Source: Pseudomonadota bacterium
GTDB taxonomy: Bacteria; Pseudomonadota; Gammaproteobacteria; Methylococcales; Methylomonadaceae
Direction of reading: 5' to 3'
Assembly (NCBI GenBank): GCA_041169045.1
Contig: JBEEJU010000154.1
Coordinates: 1-51,274, forward strand
DNA length: 51,274 nucleotides
This document shows positions 18,685-27,707 of this stretch, one piece after another (position 1 is the stretch's first letter; the number at the start of each line of letters is the position of its first letter). Under the pieces are notes generated by a model, which saw only the letters and a list, made by a program, of their open reading frames with translations, had not been told where the DNA came from and ran no database searches. Position numbers and translations under genes: made by a program.

Positions 18685-19818
18685 ATGAAAAAACAATTTG
18701 TACCTTGGTTACTGCTCAGTTCTGTGTTGATGGTCGGTTGCGAACAACAACAAGCAACGACTCCAACTACTGATGTTCCTTCGGTAACACCGCCAGCTCC
18801 GGTAACTGAAGCTGCACCTCCGCCGGTTTCTAAAGAAGATGCGGTTGCGATCGTCAATGGTGTAGCGATTACTAAAGCGACTTTTAAAACGTTGGAAGAT
18901 GAAATTGCAACCCGCGCTCCCGGGCAGAATTTTCCTAAAAAACAATTGCTTGACGAGTTGATTCAACGCGAATTATTGGTACAAGATGCGCAGAAAAAAC
19001 ATTTAGAGCAATCTAATGAAGTTAAAGAACGCATGAAAATGGCGGAAAATTCATTATTAACTCAAGTGGATTTACAGGATTATTTAAAAGCTAATCCGAT
19101 TTCTGATGCCGATTTAAAAGCTGCGTACGATAAAGAAGTGGCAAAAATGTCGGGAACTGAATACAAAGCGCGACACATTTTGGTGAAAACTGAAGAAGAA
19201 GCGAAAGCAATTATTGCCGAATTAGCTAAAGGTGCGAAATTTGAAGACGTTGCAAAAGCAAAATCGTTAGATTCTTCTAAAGATCAAGGCGGAGATTTAG
19301 GTTGGTTTAGCGAAGGACAAATGGTTGAACCTTTTTCTAAAGCAGTAGCTAGTTTGGAAAAAGGCAAATATACTCAAACACCGGTACAAACTCAATTTGG
19401 TTGGCATGTGATTTTGCGTGAAGATTCTCGCGCGCAAGTGCCACCACCGTTTGATTCTGTCAAAGAACAATTACGTCCTGCCTTACAACAGCAAAAAGTT
19501 CAGTCTTTGTTAGAAAATTTGCGCAAACAGGCTAAAGTTGAGATTTTGATGTCGTTGGATGATCCTAAACCTGCGGCAGCTCCAGCAACGTCTGCTGCTC
19601 CGGCGACACCAGCAGATAGTGCAGCTCCAGCAGCGACCTCAGAAGCTCCTGTGCCAGCAGATGCCAATAAACCAGCCGAAAATCCTGCGCCTACTGCTGA
19701 ACCTGCCGCATCTGCTCCGGCTGCTGAACCTGCAACAATCGAAGCAGCTCCGGCAACGGCTACAGATGCTAAACCGGTAGAGGCGACCACTACCACAGAA
19801 CAGACCGTTAAACCTTAA
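18685..19818 (+). CDS. Parvulin (PpiC)-type peptidyl-prolyl isomerase lipoprotein with Ala/Pro-rich C-terminal tail
   Basis: Lipobox LMVGC. The rotamase domain reads YKARHILV...GGDLGWF...FGWHVILRED. The last ~85 aa are PA/T-rich low complexity. Confidence 0.75.
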   Translation: MKKQFVPWLLLSSVLMVGCEQQQATTPTTDVPSVTPPAPVTEAAPPPVSKEDAVAIVNGVAITKATFKTLEDEIATRAPGQNFPKKQLLDELIQRELLVQDAQKKHLEQSNEVKERMKMAENSLLTQVDLQDYLKANPISDADLKAAYDKEVAKMSGTEYKARHILVKTEEEAKAIIAELAKGAKFEDVAKAKSLDSSKDQGGDLGWFSEGQMVEPFSKAVASLEKGKYTQTPVQTQFGWHVILREDSRAQVPPPFDSVKEQLRPALQQQKVQSLLENLRKQAKVEILMSLDDPKPAAAPATSAAPATPADSAAPAATSEAPVPADANKPAENPAPTAEPAASAPAAEPATIEAAPATATDAKPVEATTTTEQTVKP

Positions 19819-19842
19819 TCTTTGATTGGAGGTTAACTTCTC

Positions 19843-19883
19843 AAATGACTGATTATCCTCAAGGGTTTTCAGTCATTTTTTTT
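19843..19883 (+). terminator. Intrinsic terminator after the ppiC-type gene
   Basis: AAATGACTGA (19843-19852) pairs with TCAGTCATTT (19869-19878) and is followed by a T run to 19883. Confidence 0.7.
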
Positions 19884-20096
19884 GACTTATTAAAATGAAT
19901 ACTCTCATTTAAGCCTAATTATTTGGCTATTTTTGGCTACCTTTAGCTCTGATATATGACAAATTAAGTTCAAATTAGAATGTATTTTTGTAGATAAAAC
20001 TTTCATGATTTTAATATAATGTTTTATCTAATAAATATCCATATTTTTCATATATAAAAATAACCCGTAATTAAAATTGATATTTAAGGAAAATTG

Positions 20097-21752
20097 ATGG
20101 CTATAAAATTAACAGGTGGAATTATTTATGATCCCGCAAATGGAATTTGTGGTAAAACTCAAGATATTTATATTCAAAACGGTAAAATTGTCGCTCCATT
20201 AGAAGCGGATTTAATTACTGAAGAATATGATATTCGTGGCAAAATTGTCATGGCTGGCGCAATAGATTTACATTCTCATATTGGCGGCGGTAAAGGCAAT
20301 ATTGCGCGAATTTTAATGCCAGAAAATCATCGTTTAGATCAAGTTGCGCATACGGAAAAGACTCGTGCCGGTACCGGTCATGCAATGCCCAGCACGTTTA
20401 CTACGGGTTATCGTTACGCGGAAATGGGATATACCGCGGTATTTGAACCGGCAGTATTACCGATTAATGCACGTCAAGCTCATATGGAAATGGGAGATAC
20501 CCCGATTATTGATAAAGGGGGTTATGTATTAATGGGAAATGATGATTATTTATTAAGAATGATGGCGGCAAAAAAAGATCAAGCCGCGATTAATGATTAT
20601 ATGGCTTGGATTTTAAATGCAACTCAAGGAATTGGGATTAAAGTGGTGAATCCCGGCGGAATTAATGCGTTTAAATTTAATCAACGTCAATTAGATTTAG
20701 ATGAACAAAATACTCATTATCCAATTACCCCTAGGCAAATATTAAAAACCTTAGCAACCGCTATTCAAGAATTAGGCGTATCTCATCCTTTACATGTTCA
20801 TGGATGTAATTTAGGTGTGCCGGGAAATATGGAAACTACGCTAAATACTATTCAAGGAATTGAAGGATTAAAAATGCACTTAACCCATATTCAATTTCAT
20901 AGTTATGGTACTGAAGGCGATTTTAAATTTTCTTCAGGTGCGGCGCAAATTGCCGAAGCGATTAATGCCAATCCAAATATTAGTGTTGATGTTGGACAAA
21001 TTATGTTTGGACAAACGATTACTGCTTCTGGAGATAATATGCAGCAATATGCAAATCATAAACATGCGAATCCGAATAAATGGGTCATAATGGATATTGA
21101 ATGTGATGCGGGTTGTGGATTAGTTCCATTTAAATATCGTGATCAAAATTTTGTCAATGCTTTACAATGGGCAATTGGATTAGAAATCTTTTTATTAGTG
21201 AATGATCCTTGGCGCATTTTCTTAACGACGGATCATCCCAATGGCGCGCCTTTTACCAGTTATCCGCATTTAATTCGTTTATTAATGGATAAAACATTTC
21301 GTAATGAAAAGTTAGCGACTATTCATCCTTTAGCGCAAAAAATGACGACATTATCTAGTATTGATCGGGAATATAGTTTGGAAGAAATTGCGATATTAAC
21401 TCGTGCAGGGGCCGCGAAATTAACCGGATTACAAAATCGTGGTCATTTAGGAATTGGTGCGTGGGCGGATATTGCGATTTATACCGATCAAATCGATAGA
21501 GAAGCCATGTTTAAAACGCCTAATTATGTATTTAAAAATGGCGAATTGGTGGTTAAAGAAGGACAAATTGTAAAAGTCACTTGGGGAACTACGCATGTGG
21601 TTAAACCGAATTTTGACTTATCGATCGAAAAAGAATTAAAAAGCTATTTCGATCGATATTTAACCATGAAATTAGCGAATTTCAAAATCAGTAATGATGA
21701 GCTTACGGATAATGGACGAGGCAGTATTACGGTTCATCCATTAAGGGTATAG
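20097..21752 (+). CDS. Formylmethanofuran dehydrogenase subunit A-like amidohydrolase (FwdA/FhcA family)
   Basis: About 550 aa, with an amidohydrolase HxH (AIDLHSHIGGG). Long-range resemblance to FwdA/FhcA (...NPGG..., HVHGCNLG, TTDHPNGAPF). AAGGAAAA RBS, with the ATG at 20097. Confidence 0.65.
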   Translation: MAIKLTGGIIYDPANGICGKTQDIYIQNGKIVAPLEADLITEEYDIRGKIVMAGAIDLHSHIGGGKGNIARILMPENHRLDQVAHTEKTRAGTGHAMPSTFTTGYRYAEMGYTAVFEPAVLPINARQAHMEMGDTPIIDKGGYVLMGNDDYLLRMMAAKKDQAAINDYMAWILNATQGIGIKVVNPGGINAFKFNQRQLDLDEQNTHYPITPRQILKTLATAIQELGVSHPLHVHGCNLGVPGNMETTLNTIQGIEGLKMHLTHIQFHSYGTEGDFKFSSGAAQIAEAINANPNISVDVGQIMFGQTITASGDNMQQYANHKHANPNKWVIMDIECDAGCGLVPFKYRDQNFVNALQWAIGLEIFLLVNDPWRIFLTTDHPNGAPFTSYPHLIRLLMDKTFRNEKLATIHPLAQKMTTLSSIDREYSLEEIAILTRAGAAKLTGLQNRGHLGIGAWADIAIYTDQIDREAMFKTPNYVFKNGELVVKEGQIVKVTWGTTHVVKPNFDLSIEKELKSYFDRYLTMKLANFKISNDELTDNGRGSITVHPLRV

Positions 21753-21933
21753 CTTGATTTATTTTTAAATTGTTATTTTTCAGATTAAAGTTTAAATAAT
21801 ATAAAAAATCTTTAGTATAAAATTTATCATAAATATTCGCACTTTTTTGCGAGATAGATTTGTATTTAAAAGGTTATATCTGAGAAATTTTGCTAACCTA
21901 CTTTTTTGTCATTCAAATTAAAAAAGCAAAATA

Positions 21934-22620
21934 ATGCAATCCAATTTTCCAGATAATGAATTAAGCGAAAATATCGATAATAAACGCCGCCAATTACTCG
22001 CTTTATCTTCTGCATTTGCAGGAATTGCCGCGCTTGGATTCTCAACTTCGGCAGCGACGGCTGAAGTAAAAAAACCTCCAGTGCCGCGCCGAATCGTTAC
22101 CGGACGTGATGACTCGGGTAAATCTGTATTTAAATCAGTCGATGTTACTCCGCGTGTGATTACTTTTGAATCGCGTCCTGATGCGGCATTTTATGAGTTG
22201 TACGCGACCAGCGGTGTGCCGCAATTGACCGGAAAAGAACCTGATCCAATGTTGACCAACAAAGGAGGATTTCCACAACCGGGTGAAACCTTATTTCGTA
22301 TAGTGCAATTTGTCCCACAGGCTGCAAAACGCGATCCAAAAGTATTTGAAAAATTTTTAGAAGAATTCTCAGAAAAAATCCCGGGGATGGCGAGTCATTT
22401 TGAGCGCGATAATCCGGGAATGCACACTTCAGATACGTTGGATTATGGGATTGTCATTTATGGTGAAATGATTTTAGAATTGGATGATGGACAAAAAGTC
22501 CACCTTTATCCCGGGGATTGTGTTGTACAAAACGGTACACGCCATCGTTGGATTAATCCATTATCTGAACCGAGTTTAGTTGCATTTATTTTAATCGGTG
22601 GCAAACGCGAAGCAAGCTAA
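21934..22620 (+). CDS. Tat-signal cupin-domain protein
   Basis: Twin-arginine-like leader NKRRQLLALSSAFAGIAALG...ATA. The C-terminal cupin-like segment is YPGDCVVQNGTRHRWIN. Confidence 0.5.
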   Translation: MQSNFPDNELSENIDNKRRQLLALSSAFAGIAALGFSTSAATAEVKKPPVPRRIVTGRDDSGKSVFKSVDVTPRVITFESRPDAAFYELYATSGVPQLTGKEPDPMLTNKGGFPQPGETLFRIVQFVPQAAKRDPKVFEKFLEEFSEKIPGMASHFERDNPGMHTSDTLDYGIVIYGEMILELDDGQKVHLYPGDCVVQNGTRHRWINPLSEPSLVAFILIGGKREAS

Positions 22621-22773
22621 AGCGTAATGGCTAAATTTTTAAATTTTGGGTTTTTATGTAACATTTACATAATAGAATTTTCTGAAATAAGAAAACGCAT
22701 CATTTATTATTTTTAATACTAAAATAAAAACAGTGATTCAATATTATTGATGCGTTTTGCCTTATGATTTAAA

Positions 22774-22890
22774 TTAATCCTCAAAATGGACTGGAGGTTT
22801 GTATTCGCTATTTTCTATTACTCCCATCAATAAAACTAACCATGAAGCACCAATATATGCAGCGGAAGTTTTCTGTAAATTTGGTTTCAT
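22774..22890 (-). pseudogene. 38-codon ORF resembling the first helix of a YiaA/YiaB-family membrane protein (probable truncated remnant)
   Basis: Encodes MKPNLQKTSAAYIGASWLVLLMGVIENSEYKPPVHFED with an AGGAA RBS 8 nt upstream. The S.A(F/Y)IGASW..LL.G pattern recalls YiaA/B, but only one helix is present. Starts 24 nt downstream of the fbp stop on the same strand. Confidence 0.3.
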
Positions 22891-22914
22891 TATTAATTCC
22901 TATGTATAATAAAT

Positions 22915-23925
22915 TTAAATAAGATTATGATTTAAAAGACGATGATAATCAATAATCCGTTCTATTTCCTGTTTTGATCCTAAAATTAACGGCACTCGTT
23001 GATGTAAAGATTCAGGCTGTATTTCCAAAATAGATTGAGTGCCGGTGGTGGCTAATCCACCCGCTTGTTCGACAATCCACGCTATAGGATTCGCTTCATA
23101 TAATAATCGCAATCGCCCCGCTTGTTGCGGTTGACGTAAATCGTAGGGATACATAAAAACGCCGCCGCGCATTAAAATTCGATAAACTTCTGCGACTAAA
23201 GAAGCTAACCAACGCATATTAAAATTTTTGCCACGAATGCCTTGTGTTCCTTGTAAACATTCATTCACATATCGTTGAATTGGCGGTTGCCAAAAACGTT
23301 GATTCGATAAATTAATTGCAAATTCTTGGGTTTGTTCTGGAATATGAATCTGGGAATGAGTTAATATAAATTCGCCAATATCTTTATCTAAAGTAAAACC
23401 ATTAACCCCTTGTCCAGTGGTTAAAATGAGTAATGTCGAAGGGCCATATAAAACAAAGCCGGCACACACTTGTTCTCGTCCCGATTTTAAAAAATCTTTT
23501 AATTCAGGATTTAAATCTTTAGGGGCGCGAATAATCGAAAAAATCGTGCCAACCGTTAAATTCACATCAATATTAGAAGAACCATCTAAAGGATCAAATA
23601 ATACTAAATATTCATCTTTTGGAAAATGCGGCGGAATTTTAATAATTTGTTCGGCTTCTTCCGAAACCATGCCGGCTAAATGTCCGCTATTAATTAAGGT
23701 ATCGACCATTAATTGATGGGTAATAATATCCAGTTTTTTTTGAATTTCACCTTGTATATTTTCGCTATCGGAATTGCCTAATACACCAATTAAATCGCCA
23801 CGATTCACAATATGGGCAATTCGCTTACAAGCCATTGCAATCGCATTTAATAAACCGGTAAAATGTCCTGAAACGCCACTGAATTGACGTTGTTGATCAA
23901 TAATAAATTGTGTTAAAGTAATCAT
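22915..23925 (-). CDS. fbp: Fructose-1,6-bisphosphatase class 1
   Basis: 336 aa. FDPLDGSSNID and GKLRLLYE-type (GRLRLLYEANP) motifs. Confidence 0.9.
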   Translation of the reverse strand: MITLTQFIIDQQRQFSGVSGHFTGLLNAIAMACKRIAHIVNRGDLIGVLGNSDSENIQGEIQKKLDIITHQLMVDTLINSGHLAGMVSEEAEQIIKIPPHFPKDEYLVLFDPLDGSSNIDVNLTVGTIFSIIRAPKDLNPELKDFLKSGREQVCAGFVLYGPSTLLILTTGQGVNGFTLDKDIGEFILTHSQIHIPEQTQEFAINLSNQRFWQPPIQRYVNECLQGTQGIRGKNFNMRWLASLVAEVYRILMRGGVFMYPYDLRQPQQAGRLRLLYEANPIAWIVEQAGGLATTGTQSILEIQPESLHQRVPLILGSKQEIERIIDYHRLLNHNLI

Positions 23926-23990
23926 TGGCAGAATATAAAATAGTTTTACGAATAATTTTTAAATGAAAAAGAGTGCTGATTTAGGAATTT

Positions 23991-25778
23991 ATGATGGCAT
24001 GGTTTAATCGTCAATCCACTGTTTCGTTGCCTGCGATTCAAATTCAATTTGATCGCTGTTGTTATAGTTTAATTTTAAAACAAATTGTCAATCAACATAC
24101 CAATGCAGAAGCATTATGGCAAAAAAAATTTACCGCTTATCCACAGATTTGTGAAAAAAATAGCGGGAATACGCAATATCGATTATGCCAAGCTTTAGCA
24201 AAAAATCCAGCAATGATTCATCGTTATGATGATAAATTAAAACGCAGTCGTCCCGAAGAATTTATTTATAGTGATGTTTTAATTTGGTTGCCACAAGCGA
24301 TTATTGATCGTGAAACTCGGCAAAATACTGGAGCATTAAGCTCATTAACCACCAATTTACCCGTTTTACATCAAGATTATTTTTCCGCTACTCAATGGTT
24401 AGCTCAACGTAAACCGCATTACGCATTGTTGGGATCAAATTTATTAGCCGCTGATGAAGTGGGTTTTCAATTTGGTCATGGAATTTATGTTGCAGGTCGT
24501 GAGGAAATCGCTCAAGCCGAACTAGAGGCGGTTTATGTGGATGATCAGGGGCAAGCCCATCCATTTAGCCCAGCGATTAGTTATTTAGTGGATAGTCAAC
24601 GACCGAGTGCAAAAATTTATCCACAACAACAAACCATTTTATTGGTAAAACCGCGTGAGCATTTGTGCTATTTTGAGGAAAAAATACCTTGGTTTTCGGA
24701 TATTTGCCAACATTTACAATTACAACGACAGCAACAAGAATGGCAATTATTTGCCAATAGTCACAGTGGTGATGCGATTCAGATTCAACGTCGGCAACAA
24801 GCAGATTCATGGATTTTTGATTGTAGAGATACCACAGTGGTTGGACATAATGCTGATTCAGCCTATTTACGTTTAATAATCAAACCTTTAGCTGCTCATT
24901 CCATTAATTCTTCATCACTCTCAACAACGCCACCGGTTGCCGAAGCACAGCGTCCAGTGATTAATCAAGCGACTCCCACCAATTTAACATCTGCATCTCA
25001 ATCACAACCGATTTGGGGCAGAACTTTGATTCCCGGGCTGAATCAAGCTCAGATGAGTCAAACTCAATCTTATCGCACCGTGATTCCTAATCAACAAACG
25101 TCGCCTTTATTAATTTTAGAAGGCTTGGCATTAAGTCGAATTGATCATCCACAAACCAGAGTATCGGGCTTAAAACAATGGACAATTTGGTTTGATGCTG
25201 AGGGAAATATTGTGGATGGTCATAATTCAATTGATCGTCATTCATTAGCTGCAATTTGTGCTAATGATCGCCAAGCTTGTGCGTATTTTAAAAATGCGTT
25301 ACAAAATTTTAGCCCTTTAACGCAAGAAACGATTGGCTATTTAGGCGGAAAAATATTAACCATTTTACCGTCACCTATTCCTGATCGTTTTCACGCAATA
25401 ATTCAATTACCTAATCCAATTCAATTCATATTACAAGCCAATCAAACTTATACGGTTGGACGACAAACACCGGAATCGATTCCAGAAATTGATTTGACTT
25501 TACTAAATGATCCTCAAGGAATGGAATGGGAAAATCATAGTCCTTATCGCGGGAGTTGTTTAAGCATGTTATCTTTATCGCGTAATCATTTATGTTTTGT
25601 GCTTAAAGATCAGGAATTATTATTAACAGTTCCGACAAATAAACAACCCGTTTATCTTTTAAATGCCCATTTAAATTTAAAAGAAATCTTGAATCATTCA
25701 CAACATACTTCTGAATGTAGGTTGAAAAATGGAGAATATTTGTTATTAGGCAGTTTTTTATTGAAATTTACGCTATAA
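23991..25778 (+). CDS. Hypothetical 595-aa protein with C-terminal FHA-like domain
   Basis: The C-terminal ~110 aa read YTVGRQ...IDLTLL....LSLSRNHLCF....LLN....LKNGEYLLLGSFLLKF, which fits the FHA pattern (GR..., SR.H, N, L..GD.I.G...F). The N-terminal ~470 aa are unrecognised and include a Q/S/T/P-rich linker. Confidence 0.5.
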   Translation: MMAWFNRQSTVSLPAIQIQFDRCCYSLILKQIVNQHTNAEALWQKKFTAYPQICEKNSGNTQYRLCQALAKNPAMIHRYDDKLKRSRPEEFIYSDVLIWLPQAIIDRETRQNTGALSSLTTNLPVLHQDYFSATQWLAQRKPHYALLGSNLLAADEVGFQFGHGIYVAGREEIAQAELEAVYVDDQGQAHPFSPAISYLVDSQRPSAKIYPQQQTILLVKPREHLCYFEEKIPWFSDICQHLQLQRQQQEWQLFANSHSGDAIQIQRRQQADSWIFDCRDTTVVGHNADSAYLRLIIKPLAAHSINSSSLSTTPPVAEAQRPVINQATPTNLTSASQSQPIWGRTLIPGLNQAQMSQTQSYRTVIPNQQTSPLLILEGLALSRIDHPQTRVSGLKQWTIWFDAEGNIVDGHNSIDRHSLAAICANDRQACAYFKNALQNFSPLTQETIGYLGGKILTILPSPIPDRFHAIIQLPNPIQFILQANQTYTVGRQTPESIPEIDLTLLNDPQGMEWENHSPYRGSCLSMLSLSRNHLCFVLKDQELLLTVPTNKQPVYLLNAHLNLKEILNHSQHTSECRLKNGEYLLLGSFLLKFTL

Positions 25779-25781
25779 GAA

Positions 25782-25900
25782 ATTAATTGAAAGTTATTGG
25801 CTATTATTGTTAAATCCAGCCACCTTTATTTAAAGGGGAACTCCCTTCTTTGCTAAAGGTGGATTGAGAAGAATTTTAAAATAGGAATATCTGATAATTT
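25782..25900 (-). repeat. MITE-like repeat, copy C (reverse orientation relative to copies A and B)
   Basis: The reverse complement begins TTATCAGATATTCCTATTTTAAAAT and ends GATTTAACAATAATAGCCAATAACTTTCAATTAATT. It has an internal hairpin CCACCTTTA (25820-25828) / TAAAGGTGG (25854-25862). See copies at 43694 and 43926. Confidence 0.75.
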
Positions 25901-25912
25901 ATGTGTTTTTAC

Positions 25913-26762
25913 TTAACCTGAGTTCGGGATAACCTATTGCAGTAAAGGCAGTAAATTATTTCTAATATTTAAAGAGGGCTTTTTGTCCTGATAAGAATAA
26001 GCAACCAAACAAGAAACTATATTTATCATATAGTTAATTAATGAGAGATGTCTGGAATATTCAAGATCAAAAGTATTTTTAATTGATCATTAATGGTTTC
26101 AATAATACTGCGTTTGCGTAGTAACAGCTTATCGAAGGCGGCTGAAACTTGAGGCTTCATGTTTTTTCTCAAGGTCGTGATGAGTTCAATGTCATCGGTG
26201 GCAAGCAAATCGGACAGTTTTTTTGAAAAATATAACCTCAGTCATCAAACACTTTGCCGACAAAGTTTTTTAGCAAGGTCGGTACTGGTTTTCTGTCATC
26301 AACGTTGCCACGGGTAATCTGAAACGACAAAACATCGCCGCAATCGTCAACCACCAAATGCAGTTTGAAGCCATAAAACCAGCCCGTTGATGACTTGCCT
26401 CTTTTGGCTTAACCTTTGAAGGTTTTGTGGCGAGAAATGCGTAAATTATTGCAAACCCGCAACGGCGTTGAATCCACAAACGCAATCCTGTTGGTTGCTT
26501 TTTTACAACGGCTTTTCATAAAAAATGACAATGGTGACGATTTCGAAATGGCTTAAACTGTGCTGTCTGCGTCTTTTTTCGTGCCGTTTTCGATTTGTGT
26601 TTTTCCCATTCGGCAGTAAACCATTGGCAAAAATCGTCAGCGTCACAGAATAGTCGTGTTAAACTCACGTCGGGCAACCTTGTTGAGATTATGAGAGGTC
26701 AGAGTCTTCATATTCTCTCAATAATCAAGGTTGCCTGCTTGTTTATCCCGAACTCAGGTTAA
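25913..26762 (-). mobile_element. IS982-family insertion sequence, degenerate (stops, frameshifts, shortened)
   Basis: Perfect 20-bp terminal inverted repeats: TTAACCTGAGTTCGGGATAA (25913-25932) and TTATCCCGAACTCAGGTTAA (26743-26762). Minus-strand translations give IAFVDSTPLRVCNNLRISRHKTFKG*AKRGKSSTGWFYGFKLHLVVDDCGDVLSFQITRGNVDDRKPVP and, in another frame, RKNMKPQ...DKLLLRKRSIIETINDQLKN. Both match the IS982 transposase pattern from memory. Confidence 0.8.
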
Positions 26763-26780
26763 TTATTAAAATGTAGCTTG

Positions 26781-27686
26781 ATGATGACTGAATATTACGA
26801 TCCACAAACGTATCCTAGCGAATGGAATTATTTACAATCAGGAACTATTATAGACCACTATATCATTGAACGAGAATTAGCTCATGGTGGTTTTAGTTCA
26901 GTCTATTTAGCGCGTCAATTGGAAGATCAAATTCAAGTGGCAATTAAAGAATTTTTACCTCGTCGCCAAGCCCATAGAACGTGGAATAATGTAGTCGTGC
27001 CAAATAGTGAAGAAGACAGAGTCTTATTTAATCGCGGTCGTACTTTATTTTTTGAAGAAGCTAAAATTTTAGCGCAATTAAAACATCATAATATTGTTGA
27101 AGTCATTAATTTTTTTCAAGCGAATGCAACCGTTTATATGGTGATGACATATGATTATGGCGTATCCTTAAATAATTTAATTTCCGATACTGATATAGCG
27201 ATTGATGAAGAATTTTTAATTACGGTTTTTTCAGCTTTATTAAAAGGAATAGAGCTAATTCATCAACACAATATGGTACATTTAGATATTAAACCCGGCA
27301 ATATTTTAATTCGCCCCGAAAATGATCCGTTATTATTGGATTTTGGCGCAATTCAAAAACGCACTCAAACCGGAAAAAGTGGACAAAGTTTAGTATTAAC
27401 TAATGGCTTTTCTCCGGTTGAGCAATATTCTAATAAATCGATTGGACCTTGGACAGATTTATATGCGGTGGGTGCGACTATGCGTGCTTGTTTAGATCGA
27501 AAAGTCCCCCCACCTGCGCCTTTACGATTAAAAGAAGACCCTCAAATTCCAGCCGTAAAAGCTTATAAACGTAAATTGCCTTATTATTTATTAGAAGCGA
27601 TTGATTGGGCAATGTCGATACAACCGCGTATTCGTCCACAATCCACTACCGAATTATTACAAGCCTTAACCGATAAAACTCGTTAA
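26781..27686 (+). CDS. Hanks-type serine/threonine protein kinase (catalytic domain only, non-RD)
   Basis: Gly loop HGGFSSVY, VAIKEF lysine, catalytic loop HLDIKPGNIL (HLD rather than HRD), DFG, and an SPVEQ APE-like motif. 301 aa from the ATG at 26781; a TTG lies at 26778. Confidence 0.8.
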   Translation: MMTEYYDPQTYPSEWNYLQSGTIIDHYIIERELAHGGFSSVYLARQLEDQIQVAIKEFLPRRQAHRTWNNVVVPNSEEDRVLFNRGRTLFFEEAKILAQLKHHNIVEVINFFQANATVYMVMTYDYGVSLNNLISDTDIAIDEEFLITVFSALLKGIELIHQHNMVHLDIKPGNILIRPENDPLLLDFGAIQKRTQTGKSGQSLVLTNGFSPVEQYSNKSIGPWTDLYAVGATMRACLDRKVPPPAPLRLKEDPQIPAVKAYKRKLPYYLLEAIDWAMSIQPRIRPQSTTELLQALTDKTR

Positions 27687-27707
27687 AATGTGAATTGAAA
27701 TAAGCAA

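Noticed and set aside
19500-19796. Two ORFs (19500-19796 on the minus strand, 19559-19780 on the plus strand) over the 3' end of the ppiC-type gene
   Set aside because: They are generated by the GC-rich GCN/CCN repeat that encodes the Ala/Pro tail. Neither has an independent start context.
19924-19938. Sigma-54-like TGGCTATTTTTGGCT upstream of the fwdA-like gene
   Set aside because: The GG-to-GC spacing is one nucleotide shorter than the strict -24/-12 spacing (TGGCAC-N5-TTGC), and the -12 element does not match.
24617-24625. Perfect DnaA-box nonamers TTATCCACA (also at 3363-3371)
   Set aside because: These are isolated single occurrences inside coding regions of an AT-rich genome. There is no clustering, no AT-rich unwinding element and no oriC-type gene context.
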